From Lingula anatina (lineage: Eukaryota > Animalia > Brachiopoda): DNA of 64,000 nucleotides. How positions within the stretch are numbered: the stretch's first letter is position 1; every line of letters starts with the position of its first letter. The stretch spans positions 24,056,001 to 24,120,000 of the forward strand of contig CM120642.1 of NCBI GenBank assembly GCA_051362555.1, in the 5' to 3' direction. The notes under the pieces were generated by a model. The model saw only the letters and a list, made by a program, of their open reading frames with translations. It ran no database searches and was not told the origin of the DNA. The translations under genes and the position numbers were made by a program. Of the stretch, positions 12,801 through 23,720 are shown piece after piece.

Positions 12801-15800
12801 GCGAACACCGACAACGAGGGCGTCCTTCTTCAAAATTTTGCCTGGGGCGCTTCCATATTTGGAAGTCACAAGTTTAGTACGTCACAGCTGTGTCCCCCTG
12901 GAGCTCCCATATTTGGAAGTCATGTCTCGTACGTCACAGCTCTGTGCCGCCTGGAGCTGCCTTTCCCGCCTTTCGCTGACGTTATCTCGTGCAGACGAGA
13001 CAAGAAGTAAAGTGGCTGACGTGGAGTTTGAGTTTTAGACGAAGAAAATCTTGCAGTCGAAGGCTGATTTTGGTCTTGCCATTGCGCAGCCCTTATGTAT
13101 AGTGGTATCGGGCATACAGTGTAGCTGTCAAACTTGGCACACGGCAAGCACGTGTATTGCAGGAGCAAATGTTTTTTGATAAGCAAATAATACAAAAAAA
13201 AAAAAAAACATTGGATATGTCTTTTTCTTTTAGAAACATTATTTATTTTTCACTTTACATCTTAAAAACAGTAAATAAAATAAAATAAAGCAGAATTAAA
13301 TCTGTTTTACGTTTCATATGGCTCTAATGACATTCAACTGCAGATTCACTGCGGAGAAGTTCTTTTTGATTGACGGTAATCGTACACTGTCGCTGTTCTT
13401 CAGAGCTCACTTTTGAAGCCCGATTCACAGTGACTCTGACACTCAGGGCAAAGGCTCTATATCGTCTCCTCTTTTTATGGTGTTCGTTTGGGATATATAT
13501 TGAGATGCTTTGTTGTGTCCAGACACAATTAATTGAATCCAAATGCACCTGACGTCTCTATTGTTATAAAAATCCAACCATCTACATGTAGTAAATTTTG
13601 TGAAACAGAAAGTATTGTATTTGGCTTATTAATGTGGTTTCAAATAAGATATTCATTGGAATAATACTGTTATGGTCTTTGTATTTAAACTTTGAAGACT
13701 GGCCCACCCCAATGCCAGGGACAATGCCAATGCCAACGCCAATGTGGCTTACTTCAAGAGTCCGCCCCATGCCTTCAATTGGTGGTGTCGTCCCAACGCG
13801 TGCATCATCATCATCATCGACTTCTGCAGGCGGAAAGTTAACCGAAGTGAAAACAATAAGAAAGTTCTTTCCAGAAACGTGGTTGTGGGCAAATACTACA
13901 ACGCGGTAGGCAAAACTGTTTGAAAAGTGACTTTTTTAGTGCACAGCTTCTCTTTATCGGCATTAACGACAGATGCCCACATCGAGAGAAGATTTTTACC
14001 CATCGCCTTTACTACCTGTGAATATAGTATTGGCTCATTCCCTAGAATCAGCGCCTTACTTTGGGGGTCCCTAGAAAACGCTTTTACCGTGGCAAGAATG
14101 ACTTATATTGTTTAATACGCTAGTCTGATATGAATAATTGGACGACATGATCGACAAGAAACAGATCCATAATGCACAAGACGTCAGTTATAAACTGGAG
14201 GACAATTTCAATGAAGCAAAAGGGTTGTATGTAACAGGAACAGTTATAGAACAGTGTGTATGCCTTATATCACGTTGGTTTCTTTTCTCCGACTTTGCTT
14301 TTAGAAGAGTGGCTTTTTTTCTCCCGCTTCATCTCAATGTGGTGTCTCGATCTGCTTTTATATCACGCTTTTATGCTTTTAGGTTTTGCTGCTACTATAT
14401 GTACGTATGCTTTGAATGCATACATGTATTCTTAATTGTCTATCGATAAATGTACATGTACGTGGATGGCATTCAATCCTTTAATTTTAAGGTTTCTCAG
14501 CACTTGTTTACTATATTTCATGTATATTCCATTCCGATAGATTAATTTACTGGTACATGTCTTTACGCGTGGCCGATTACCAAATTGCATTTTTATTTCG
14601 TTTGAGCCTCTCTCAAAGTAAATTAACTTGTGTTTCTCACGAGAATATTTCTGGTGCCTTTTTATGTTTTCCAAATAGATTGTACGCCACAATCTTAAAC
14701 ATTAACAATATTATCTTAATACCCTCTAGTACAACTGGTACGGCTGCCCTCAGTACCATCGTGCCGGACACTATTACGTCATGGGTGGCCAGTGCGTTTG
14801 CTGTCCACTCATCATCTGGGCTTGGAGTGGCTGCAGATACAGCAAAGGTATGACTGCAACGTTTTTTTTTTATAGAATAAAGTCGAGTTTTCGCAGCTTA
14901 CATTTTAAGCCCTTTTTGGTAATGTGTAGATTTAAGTGCTATGTAACGTGTTTTTTTTACAATAATCGCTTTTTTGTTATATGTCGTGTTGTACTAGTAT
15001 ATTGCGTTGCATTTTTATCTACTGCAGATGCATTGCATGGGTTTTCCTATAACACGATTAATATGCTATTGGCTTAATTAAAAAATAACGTCCAATTATT
15101 ATTTTGACCATTTGCAGTTAGAGGCATTCCGCCCGTTCTTTGTTTCTCTGAACTTGCCATATTCAGTAGTACGTGGAGAAGAGCTCATCTTGCAAGCGGT
15201 GGTTTTTAACTACATGGACCAAGATATGGACGTAAGTTGCCAGATAAACTCAAGGACTATTTCAGTTTATAAACGTCATCCGAATCCGCGGTGATACATT
15301 AATGTTCGTGTCCGTTTGTATGTCTGTGTACGTGTATTCGCATGCGGTGTGAGTTTTTAACGAAAATACAAGAGCTGAAGTTGACAAAAGCATTTTAGAG
15401 TAAAAAAAAAAATGAAAAAGAGAAGAAAAAATAAGGATTTGAATTTATCATACACTAGAATACATGTATGTAGACAAATACAATTTGCAATGGATTTTTC
15501 TACTTTGTTAGGTTCTTGTGACACTGGAAAAGTCTAACGAATTCAAGAATATTGTGCTGGACAAAATGGGTAAAGCTACAACAGTGTCTGAGACACAGAC
15601 GGAGACAGTCATGGTAAGTGAATAGTAGCCATCTACACATGTTTACGCCAGGAATAAGAACTGCTTTTACCAACATTCATATTTGTAACAGGGCTGATAC
15701 AATGTACTACAGTCTGTTACATTATCACAGATTTTCGATAAATAGGTCCATGTCATTGGCAGATTTAGCGGGTGTCAGGGGGGTCCTGACCCCCCCCCTC

Positions 15801-18800
15801 GATTTCTGAAAAAAATCACACTAATTAGAATTGTGACTAGCTGAATTATAGTTCTAAACCGTTACCCAATGGCACTGTTCACCCTCTAAAATAACATAAT
15901 TTTGGGACCCGGTGAACCCCACGCCCGGGGGTGGGGGGGGGGGGGGGTTGGGGGGTGGAAAAATGAAGTTCTCGTAGTGAAGTATATTCTTTCACAATGC
16001 CGAAGGTTTTGCAATTTTTTTATGAGGATTCGGTTTTGCTGTGTTTCTTGTAAAATATTTGGCTGTCATTATAATTTCATCTTGCTTATAATGGATGTTA
16101 CTGAATTGAAGATTTTATTAATGGCTCAAATACTACAAAAACATCAAACAACAAAAATAATTACCTGCGCCTAATGTCTTAAAGAATTTATTTTTCAATA
16201 TTTAAAAACCAGGCGACACTGTGAAAATAGTCTTCAGTTATGTATTGAGTTATTAAAAAAAATCATTTTACACATTTGGGGACATTTAGCAGCTTTTTTA
16301 CATAAGTAAAAAATAACTAGGTTAATCGGAGAATGTGACTTGGTAATGCAAATGCCAGTCACGAAGGTTTTAAAATTTAGTCCCTTTTTGGTGTGAGAAC
16401 ATATTAATAAATTTTTTTTGATGATTTGAGTTGCTAGACTGAAATTTGATAAAGTTCCACCAGGACACACAATTCTTCCTCTTGCTTACTTTTAATAAGA
16501 ATATTAATCAAAAATGGATATATATATTTAGAATCGGTGTTAACAGGAACAGGTTTAACGCTATACTGTATGTATGCAAAGTCCCCTGTGGGACTTACTT
16601 AGTTTTTTTTGAAAATCATGAAATGAAAAGACAACTTTTTCGAAACCCCCTAAGATCAGAATGATTAAAAATGTATTGCAGTGGATACAGTGGTTCGTCA
16701 TTACTATTAAAATGATTAAGGGTTAAGCTTTCATTTTTACAACACGTTCCGGTATTATGTTGTAGTTTAATTCTCCACGATGTGCAAGATTGGAGGTGAT
16801 ACCTTGTAAATGGGCGTTTGTTCGTAATCCCAATCATTAAGTCTTATTATATTTTAGGTCCAAGCTGGGAAAGGATCGTCCGTTTATTTCCCCATAATTC
16901 CATCTGCTCTGGGAAAGATCGACATTCTCGTAAAGGCACAGTCACCAGTTGCAGCTGATGGTGTGCAGAGACAGTTGCTTGTTGAGGTATACCTGAGCCT
17001 GTAGGCAGTGTCCATTCTTTATTACCACGAACATAATGTTTATTGTTTTTTAACTTATAAGTACGATGCCCAGGCAAAATATGCTCCCAGGTTACGATAA
17101 CCTACGTGTAGCTTACACAATGGCTGCCATTTTTGTTTCGTAATCGTGTGCACTTATGTTTAAAATGTACTGGGCAACACGAAATTGCTTCAAATTGTAG
17201 ATCTGTCCCTGTCTCGACTCTTACTCTTTTGCGCAAACACACACACACACACACACTTCAAAGCACCAAACAGAAGCGCACTTTTTGACAACTCTCACGA
17301 CATCAGTCGACGTCACTTTTTTAAGCACAACTCTCATCTAGTTCTTCTCTAACACATTTTTCAAGGCCGAGGGTGTTCCTCAAGAGTACAACCAGGCTGC
17401 GATGATCGATTTAACCAGCAAGTCAACGTTTAGCAAGACGTTCCAAATTGAGCTTCCATCCAACCTCGTGCAAGGGACTACTCAGATACAGGCATCTGTC
17501 ATAGGTAAGAAAAGACGAAAACTGTCATAAAAGACGAACATGGCGTGCTAGATTCAGGATGGTAAAATAAATTATCCAACAAGTGAATCTTTATCCCCCT
17601 GCCCAAAACTGTTAAAATGGCGATTAATACAAAACCCTATGACAAAGTGCATCCAGGTAGAGTACACGTACAATAAACCGATACAGTAAAATGTCAAGTA
17701 TTTGGAGACTATAAATGAAAAAAATATCATTCATTTGCAGGTGATTTAATGGGACCAGCCATGGCGGACATCGACAGCTTGTTGAAGATGCCATACGGCT
17801 GCGGTGAACAGAATATGCTCCACTTTGCTCCCGATGTTTTCATTTCAAAATATCTTACTGAAACAAACCAGTTTGTCGGTGAGATAGAGAGCAAAGCCAT
17901 TTCATACATGGAGAAAGGTATGTGCCTTTCAGTCTCGGTAAAGTATATTATATTTTGTTGAATCATTATTGCATGAAACCACAATTTATGTCTTAACCCC
18001 TCCTTTACTAAGAGCAATCAATAATAAGTTCTATCCACTTGAATGTTTTAAATATTTAAATCACCGTAGGTCTCTAAAATGACAGTCTATTACAGAATTG
18101 TTGTTTATCTATGGTGACTCTTGTAAATTATTCTATAATCCATAAATTTATCTTTTTCTTTTATGCACATATATTATGTTGTGGATCATAAAGGTAACTT
18201 TTCGTTGTGAGTAATGCAATGTTCTTCTTCAGGCTACCAGAAGGAACTTACTTACCAACACTATGATGGTTCTTTTAGTGCGTTTGGGAACAGAGATTCT
18301 TCTGGCAGCATGTGGTAAGCTGAATTATGTGGGTGCGCGTGTGTGTTACTGTACCTGTGCAAGCGCACGTATGTGTGCGTGTTTGAGTGCGCCTGAATAA
18401 GTACATAATCCTTCGTGTGTTTATGTGTTCACTTTGATTCGTGTATATAACCCAAGTGATTCCCTGGTTCTGGAGAGCCGTAACCAGTGAAGGCTTCATA
18501 TTATATAAGACGTGTTTTCTAAAACTTAGGTGGCTGGTTCTCGACATTAGTGTTTTATTTAAACGGTATTGAAACTAACAGTCAGTTAAGAACAGATGTC
18601 CCTTCATGTTAGGTTTTCCATATTTTTATCACTTGACTAAACATCTATTAATGTACAGGTAGACATTATTGGTAAAACTCGGTTGACAATATTTCAGGCT
18701 GACCGCATTTGTTGTAAAATCTTTCCACCAAGCACGTGGCCTCATCTTTATCGATGACGAGCTTCTTACCAAAGCTATCAACTGGATGATTAGAAAGCAG

Positions 18801-19592
18801 AATATAGATGGGTCCTTCCCAGAACCTGGCCGTGTACTCCATAAGGCAATGCAGGTAAACAAATTGAGATAATTACAGTTAATCAGATAGATGCCAAATT
18901 GGTGAATGTGCATTTCTCGTTACAATCACTAAAAATAAGGTATATCCATACCTCATGTTTGCTATAGTATTTTGAATTTCAATGGAAGGAAATGTCGAGA
19001 TAAACTGGCAAACAGGATCCAGCTTTGTAAGCAAATGTATTCTAATTGTAACTTTAACTGTGTAACCTGGCACAGTTAAAAAGATATTTACACCGTACAG
19101 TCTGATATCTACGTTCTTAAATGATTCTCTAATGTATGCCAGATTCACTTCCGTTTTCTAGCAAATATTTGCTATTGTTTACGATGACTTGTGTCTAAGT
19201 AGGCCTAAGTAGGCTACATTTGGTGTTCTAAAGGTTTTTTTTTTTTTTTGAAGAATTACTTTTATGTTGATTACTGTATTAGGTGCATACAATATTTTGA
19301 ACAACATATAAAACTATATGATTCATTTATGTTTTAGGGTGGTTCATCGTCAGGCGTGTCTCTGACTGCATATGTTGTGATCGCTCTTCTGGAAAATAAG
19401 GACCTGGTTAGTAATATTTATTATTTAATCCTATTGTTATTCAGGGTTATTTTGTAGTATGTAAACGGCATCAATCTCTACTTACCAAATAAATTGAAAA
19501 CCAAACCCATACAACAAAGAATGAAAACAGCTAAATCTAAGTGTACGAATTACATTTTAGAAAATTCTCTAAGATGACTATACATTAAACAG

Positions 19593-19635
<43 letters not shown>

Positions 19636-22600
19636 TGGATAATCTTGTTGGTAAGTCGAAAGCCCATGTGATAGCAAATAAATAAATAAATAAAAATAAT
19701 AAACAGAATGATAAATAGATGGTCTTATTTTATATCGATATTTCAGCCTAATTCTCATGGAATCACCTCCGCCACTGCAAGCGCCGTAAGCTACCTTGAG
19801 AACCAAGTGACGTCCATGTCGGACCCTTACGGTCTGTCCATTGTCACCTATGCCCTGCAGCTGGCCAACAGTAAGAAGGCGGACGACGCTTTCAAGAAAC
19901 TAGATGCCTTGGCAACACTGGAAGGCACGTTCTCGTCAATAAACCTGCTTTAGTGTAACAACCCTTTCAGTTGTCTGTTAGCATAAGACAACAAATTATT
20001 TTGTGAAGAGTATAATGGTTGCATTATTACCTCAGAAGCCACGGTCACTAAACAGCTCCTCTTCAGAAAGCAACATTTCTGTAATGCTGTTTTTGTCAAC
20101 CGTTGTAAATTGTGAAATTATCTAATATCAACCGGGTGCAATCGATAAGTAAGAATATATTTAACCGGTTGCACTCTTGGTGTCTTTCCCATTTTCCAAT
20201 CGAAACGTGATGTGCAATTAAATTGATCCTACCTAGAACTTTGTAGAAAATACTAAATACGGTGATAACTAATAAATATATATATGATATAAATGGTATT
20301 TCTCTCCTTTTCAAAGGTGGCTCCAAATACTGGAAGCAGCCCGAAGTCGCCAAGCCGGCGGGGCGCTATAGGAACACCTACGAGAGACAGCCCAAAGCTA
20401 ACAATGTGGAGATGAGTGCGTACGCTCTCCTTATCTATGCCGAGAGGAAGGACCTAGCAGGAGGATTGCCTGTGCTGAAATGGCTGATCTCCCAGCGCAA
20501 TGCGCACGGAGGGTTTGCCTCAACTCAGGTAACTTATTCTTCCACCAACGTATTGTACACGAGGGTTCGCGTCAATGCTAGCAAGTTTCCCAAAACTTAA
20601 TTTATTACACTCGATTGATATTTATTATTGCCCCACAGGACACGGTGATGGCGATGCAGGCGCTGTCCATGTTTGCTGCTAAGATCTACACTGGGTCGGG
20701 TCAGAACATGCAAGTGACCGTGGCCAGCGAGGGCTCTACCAGAACACTGAGCGTTGACAAGACGAATGCCATCATCCTACAAACCTTACCGGTAATTCAA
20801 AATTTTTAAATACTTTAACAATTGGTGGTGATAAACATACTGAGTACTCTTTCCATTTAGTCAAGTTCAAGTTTGCTTATTACACTGCATGATATTTTAG
20901 ATAAAAGCGGTACAATTGCATTTTAATACTGCGTATTCTGTAATTAGATTTCTCTCTCTCCCTCCCTTTTTCTCTCTCTCCCCCCCCCTCTCTCTCTCTC
21001 TCTCATAGCTAAGAGTCTATATATTATTGTTTCTTTCATAGCTCCCAAGCAGTACCAAACAGGTGGCCGTATCGGCAACAGGAAGCGGAATGGCTCTTTT
21101 CCAGGTAAGATGACTTATTGTACCAGATAATTATTAACACCAATCTATGATGTTATGTAAGTATTAGACGCCCCGTTGAAATAATGTTTTTTGGCTATTC
21201 CTTTTCAAACAAATATTAGGAATTATATTTGACAGACAGACCAGTCCAACATTAAATAAATTGGTTTAAATGGCAGCAAATGGAATAAGTTTTATTTCAA
21301 ATCCATTTTCGAGGCTAAATTACCGATAAACTTAGTCCACGAGGTAATGGAAAATACAACATGTTCATTTGATGCAATCAATAATCATTTTGGCATCGAT
21401 TGATTTATCGTATTGTTAGTCTAGCAGTAGAATGAATAGGCGTGCATATGCAATGGCATCGGTGTAAATGACAAAGAACATATCTGATAACCTTGCAGTA
21501 CTATAAAAATCAACTCTACGTTAGTATAATTACAAAAGACTTACTTTCACGCTTTTCTCTATAGGTGTCCGTGTCGTATAACATAGATAAGGTGGAGCAA
21601 GAGCCGTCCTTTGCTGTGGAAGTCTCCCTGTTGAAGGAGAGCCAGAATAGCCTTATGGTCAAAGTGTGTTCGAGGTACGTACCTTTCATATAAAACCATA
21701 ATAATCGCCACCACGATTCAAGTTCAGAGTCTCAGACCAACTAAATGTAGTATTTTGAAGTATCGTGATTTGTTAGGCCAGAATCAGCACAAAATCAGTT
21801 TAAGAATTGTTGTACTTGGATAGCTGCATTTCTGAGATTCTTAGCTAGGGATGAATTTAAGGAACAGAACTTAGGATATTTGACAGCTGATTGTGTTGAA
21901 ATCTCAATAACACTGAGTGTCTGTTTTCGCAGGTGGCTGGAGAACAGTCCAGCAAGTGGCATGGCGGTGAAAGAGATTGGAATACCTAGTGGATTTGAGG
22001 CTGATCTGGAGAGCATTTCACAGCTTTCTACACTGAAGAAGACGGAGAATGCCTTCAGGAAGATAGTGGTTTATCTTGACGAGGTTCGAATGACGCCAAT
22101 AAAACGCAGCTTTCAATTACTGTAATTGTGCAATAGAACCGTATATTGCAAAATAATTTCCTGAAGAGTTTCAGCAATTTCCCCTTTAGAATGTAACATA
22201 ACCTATGCAAAACCTTTGAGAAAAATAACGATCTATAAATGCGTTTTCTGGCTCTAAATATCTGAAATTCACCGATATTCATACCCAGAATGACAGAAAA
22301 ATCAAAGTCTGTTTGGGTGCAGATAAAATATAGCAGTATGTAAACTTGGCTTTTTCAATGAGTTTCTTTAACTTTCACATTTTGAGTTTTCATCCCGTGT
22401 TGTTTCCAGATTAGCGCCCAGTCAACTTGCATCACCTTCAATGCACAGCGTGTTGCTCAGGTGGCCAAAGCCCAGCCGGTAGCTGTTAGGGTTTACGATT
22501 ACTATTCCCCAGGTATTCCAATATTTCCTGCTTACAAAAATATTACCTGAAACTGCATGATGTTTTGATTGTCAACTATATTTTCGATTGGCCGACACAT

Positions 22601-23333
22601 TTTTTTCTATTAACAATTTCACTTTCATTCTACATTTAATTGGCTCATTGTACCAGATAATTATTAACACCAACTTGTGATGTAATCCAATTGTTAGATA
22701 TCCCCTTGAAATAATATTTTGGATATTCTTTTTTAAAATAAACGTTGAGGATATTTATGTACCAATTCAAGGTTTCCTATAAACAATTTCACTTTTATTT
22801 TTCATTGATATGATAATTGAAATACGTTTAACTAGATTTTCTACTGTGCAGGAAGGGCATTTGCATATAATATTATATAATATTATTGACGTTGAAATAA
22901 TTATTTCATAGATTTTGATTTCTTAAAAGATGTGTTGAATTGATTGACTTAATATTTGCAGATAACCAGATCACCGTCTTCTACCAATCGAAGGTTTTGA
23001 CCGACACCACGGTCTGTGACGTCTGTGGCCAGAACTGTGAAATCTGCAAGAAGGTAGGAACACCTCGGACTCTTCAGCTGTTTTAGCCCCAGGCTTACTA
23101 TTTACCAATTACTTTTTATATAGTTTTGAATATTTTAAATAGTACCTGTAACAAAAGTTTTTGAAAAATAAATGAGATCGATAATGTTGAAGCACGTTAC
23201 ATATCTGAAGTTAATCTTTTAATTTACGTTGAAACAATCACCCATGCTGCTAATGCGACTTAGTCATACCTGCATAATAAAACGCATTTCACCAGCATTA
23301 CACCTGTCTTTCATATCGTTTCAGGGCAAGTAG
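304..23333 (+). CDS. TEP: Thioester-containing protein (iTEP / CD109-like, alpha-2-macroglobulin superfamily); 5' exons lie upstream of the window
   Basis: Phase-consistent exon chain read from sequence. Constitutive exons 304-388 (VLPKFEV), 723-831 (YTYGKAVEG), 1226-1453 (FKPGL), 1865-2113, 2509-2607, 2900-2962, 3538-3723 ([10 protein letters not shown]), 4048-4197 ([16 protein letters not shown]), 4504-4647 (RKKR), 4908-4968. Then one variable exon from 6321-13905. Then 14730-14847 (VPDTITSW), 15118-15231 ([16 protein letters not shown]), 15512-15613, 16858-16986, 17366-17504, 17741-17917 ([10 protein letters not shown]), 18233-18314, 18698-18854 (GRVLHKAMQ), 19338-19406, 19747-19924, 20317-20528 (GGFASTQ), 20639-20791, 21042-21104, 21565-21674, 21933-22083, 22410-22512 (VYDYY), 22962-23053 ([11 protein letters not shown]), 23325-23333 (GK*). 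Confidence 0.96.
4504..4647 (+). CDS. TEP: TEP exon with furin-type beta/alpha processing site RKKR (4579-4590)
   Basis: tag|GTA TTG...[48 protein letters not shown]|gtaaat. Confidence 0.9.
6190..6250 (+). pseudogene. Decayed variable (bait) exon remnant psi-1
   Basis: gaa ccc ccg caa aa- gtg gat aga gtg caa aat gtt ttc ctg gat att taa reads EPPQ/[12 protein letters not shown]. This aligns with [17 protein letters not shown] of the intact exons, with a 1-nt deletion and a stop. Confidence 0.5.
6321..6480 (+). CDS. TEP: TEP alternative bait exon V1 (Pro/Asn-rich)
   Basis: tttag|AT...GG|gtaaat; 160 nt, phase 1->2; (Y)[53 protein letters not shown]. Confidence 0.92.
7041..7251 (+). CDS. TEP: TEP alternative bait exon V2 (Gly/Ala/Val/Pro-rich)
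   Basis: ctacag|AT...GG|gtaatt; 211 nt, phase 1->2; (Y)[70 protein letters not shown]. Confidence 0.93.
7577..7636. repeat. 16-bp tandem repeat (cacctatctggaaggt) about 4 copies
   Basis: Directly visible repeated unit. Confidence 0.8.
8520..8700 (-). mobile_element. tRNA-derived SINE (degenerate)
   Basis: Minus strand reads a tRNA-like head (ggttcaaatgctagagtactcgactcc...gggtccattccccggccgggtcataccaaag) followed by aaaatggtgcctgctgtctctttgctaagcaattagca, the layout of lophotrochozoan SINE2 families as recognised by eye. Confidence 0.6.
9049..9238 (+). CDS. TEP: TEP alternative bait exon V3 (Gly/Ser/Thr, mixed)
   Basis: ctccag|AC...GG|gtaata; 190 nt, phase 1->2; (Y)[63 protein letters not shown]. 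Confidence 0.93.
9280..9640 (+). repeat. Diverged ~190-bp tandem duplication inside the bait-exon array
   Basis: tgatt[t/c]ctttttggcgtatgtgagtagggca[a/t]attccaag...aaaactaaatggagtag occurs at ~9301 and ~9491; similarity continues to ...ctct[a/g]tggtc. Confidence 0.8.
9600..9725 (+). pseudogene. Decayed variable (bait) exon psi-2
   Basis: gttag|GG is a phase-1 acceptor; it reads (W)[32 protein letters not shown], then a 2-nt insertion before tgg ctg tgg (WLW); no phase-2 GT donor. Confidence 0.7.
10344..10566 (+). CDS. TEP: TEP alternative bait exon V4 (Pro/Arg/Tyr-rich + collagen-like GPA repeats)
   Basis: aaacag|GG...GG|gtagga; 223 nt, phase 1->2; (W)[74 protein letters not shown]; absent from the + strand ORF track. 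Confidence 0.92.
11152..11359 (+). CDS. TEP: TEP alternative bait exon V5 (Arg-rich)
   Basis: atgaag|TG...GG|gtaaag; 208 nt, phase 1->2 (acceptor weaker, start approximate); (L)[69 protein letters not shown]. Confidence 0.88.
11406..11679 (+). promoter_or_regulatory. Cluster of (T)GCATG Rbfox-type intronic splicing elements downstream of V5
   Basis: TGCATG at 11406, 11557, 11599, 11635; GCATG at 11464, 11487, 11675. Confidence 0.5.
12118..12298 (+). CDS. TEP: TEP alternative bait exon V6 (Asp/Glu/Ser acidic)
   Basis: gtctag|GG...GG|gtaggc; 181 nt, phase 1->2; (W)[60 protein letters not shown]; this frame is absent from the ORF track. Confidence 0.92.
13698..13905 (+). CDS. TEP: TEP alternative bait exon V7 (Pro/Met/Thr/Ser-rich)
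   Basis: ttgaag|AC...CG|gtaggc; 208 nt, phase 1->2; (Y)[69 protein letters not shown]. Confidence 0.92.
17741..17917 (+). CDS. TEP: TEP thioester exon (GCGEQ at 17797-17811)
   Basis: [35 protein letters not shown]; canonical thioester motif. Confidence 0.97.
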
Positions 23334-23664
23334 CAGAGAGGAAAAGGAAGCCCCTCGACGGTGACATTGTCTGACAGTGTCGAACTCTGGTACATGCACT
23401 GACTAAGCCGAACTGTCTTTATTCAGAATGTTATGCTTTAGAAATTAGCATTTTAAATGAACATTCAATAGTTTTAATACTTTTAATAAGAGAGATCTTG
23501 ATAAAGTGCATAAGTAGACATAAATACGTGTTTTTTTTTCGATCGACAGGCCAATTTCGTAAAATGTTGCATCAGCATGGTTAATAAGTTCAATAAAGAA
23601 ATACATTTGCAATTTTATTCATGTTTTGATTATTTGTAAATCCGTTTACACATGTGCAGTTTGT

Positions 23665-23720
<56 letters not shown>

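Noticed and set aside
6321-13905. Reading the FPETWLW exons as fragments of several tandem TEP genes or as constitutive repeats
   Set aside because: No other TEP exon is duplicated, and the 1->2 phases make consecutive inclusion frameshifting.
4969-14729. Dscam-like docking-site/selector complementary sequences
   Set aside because: Only short (about 9 bp or less) complementary matches were seen (e.g. 7018 vs 8413). A systematic RNA-RNA pairing and conservation analysis would be needed; not supported as it stands.
21118-22745. ~90-bp sequence duplicated in two TEP introns (ttgtaccagataattattaacaccaa... at ~21118 and ~22648)
   Set aside because: Non-coding, probably a small dispersed repeat; no evidence of function.
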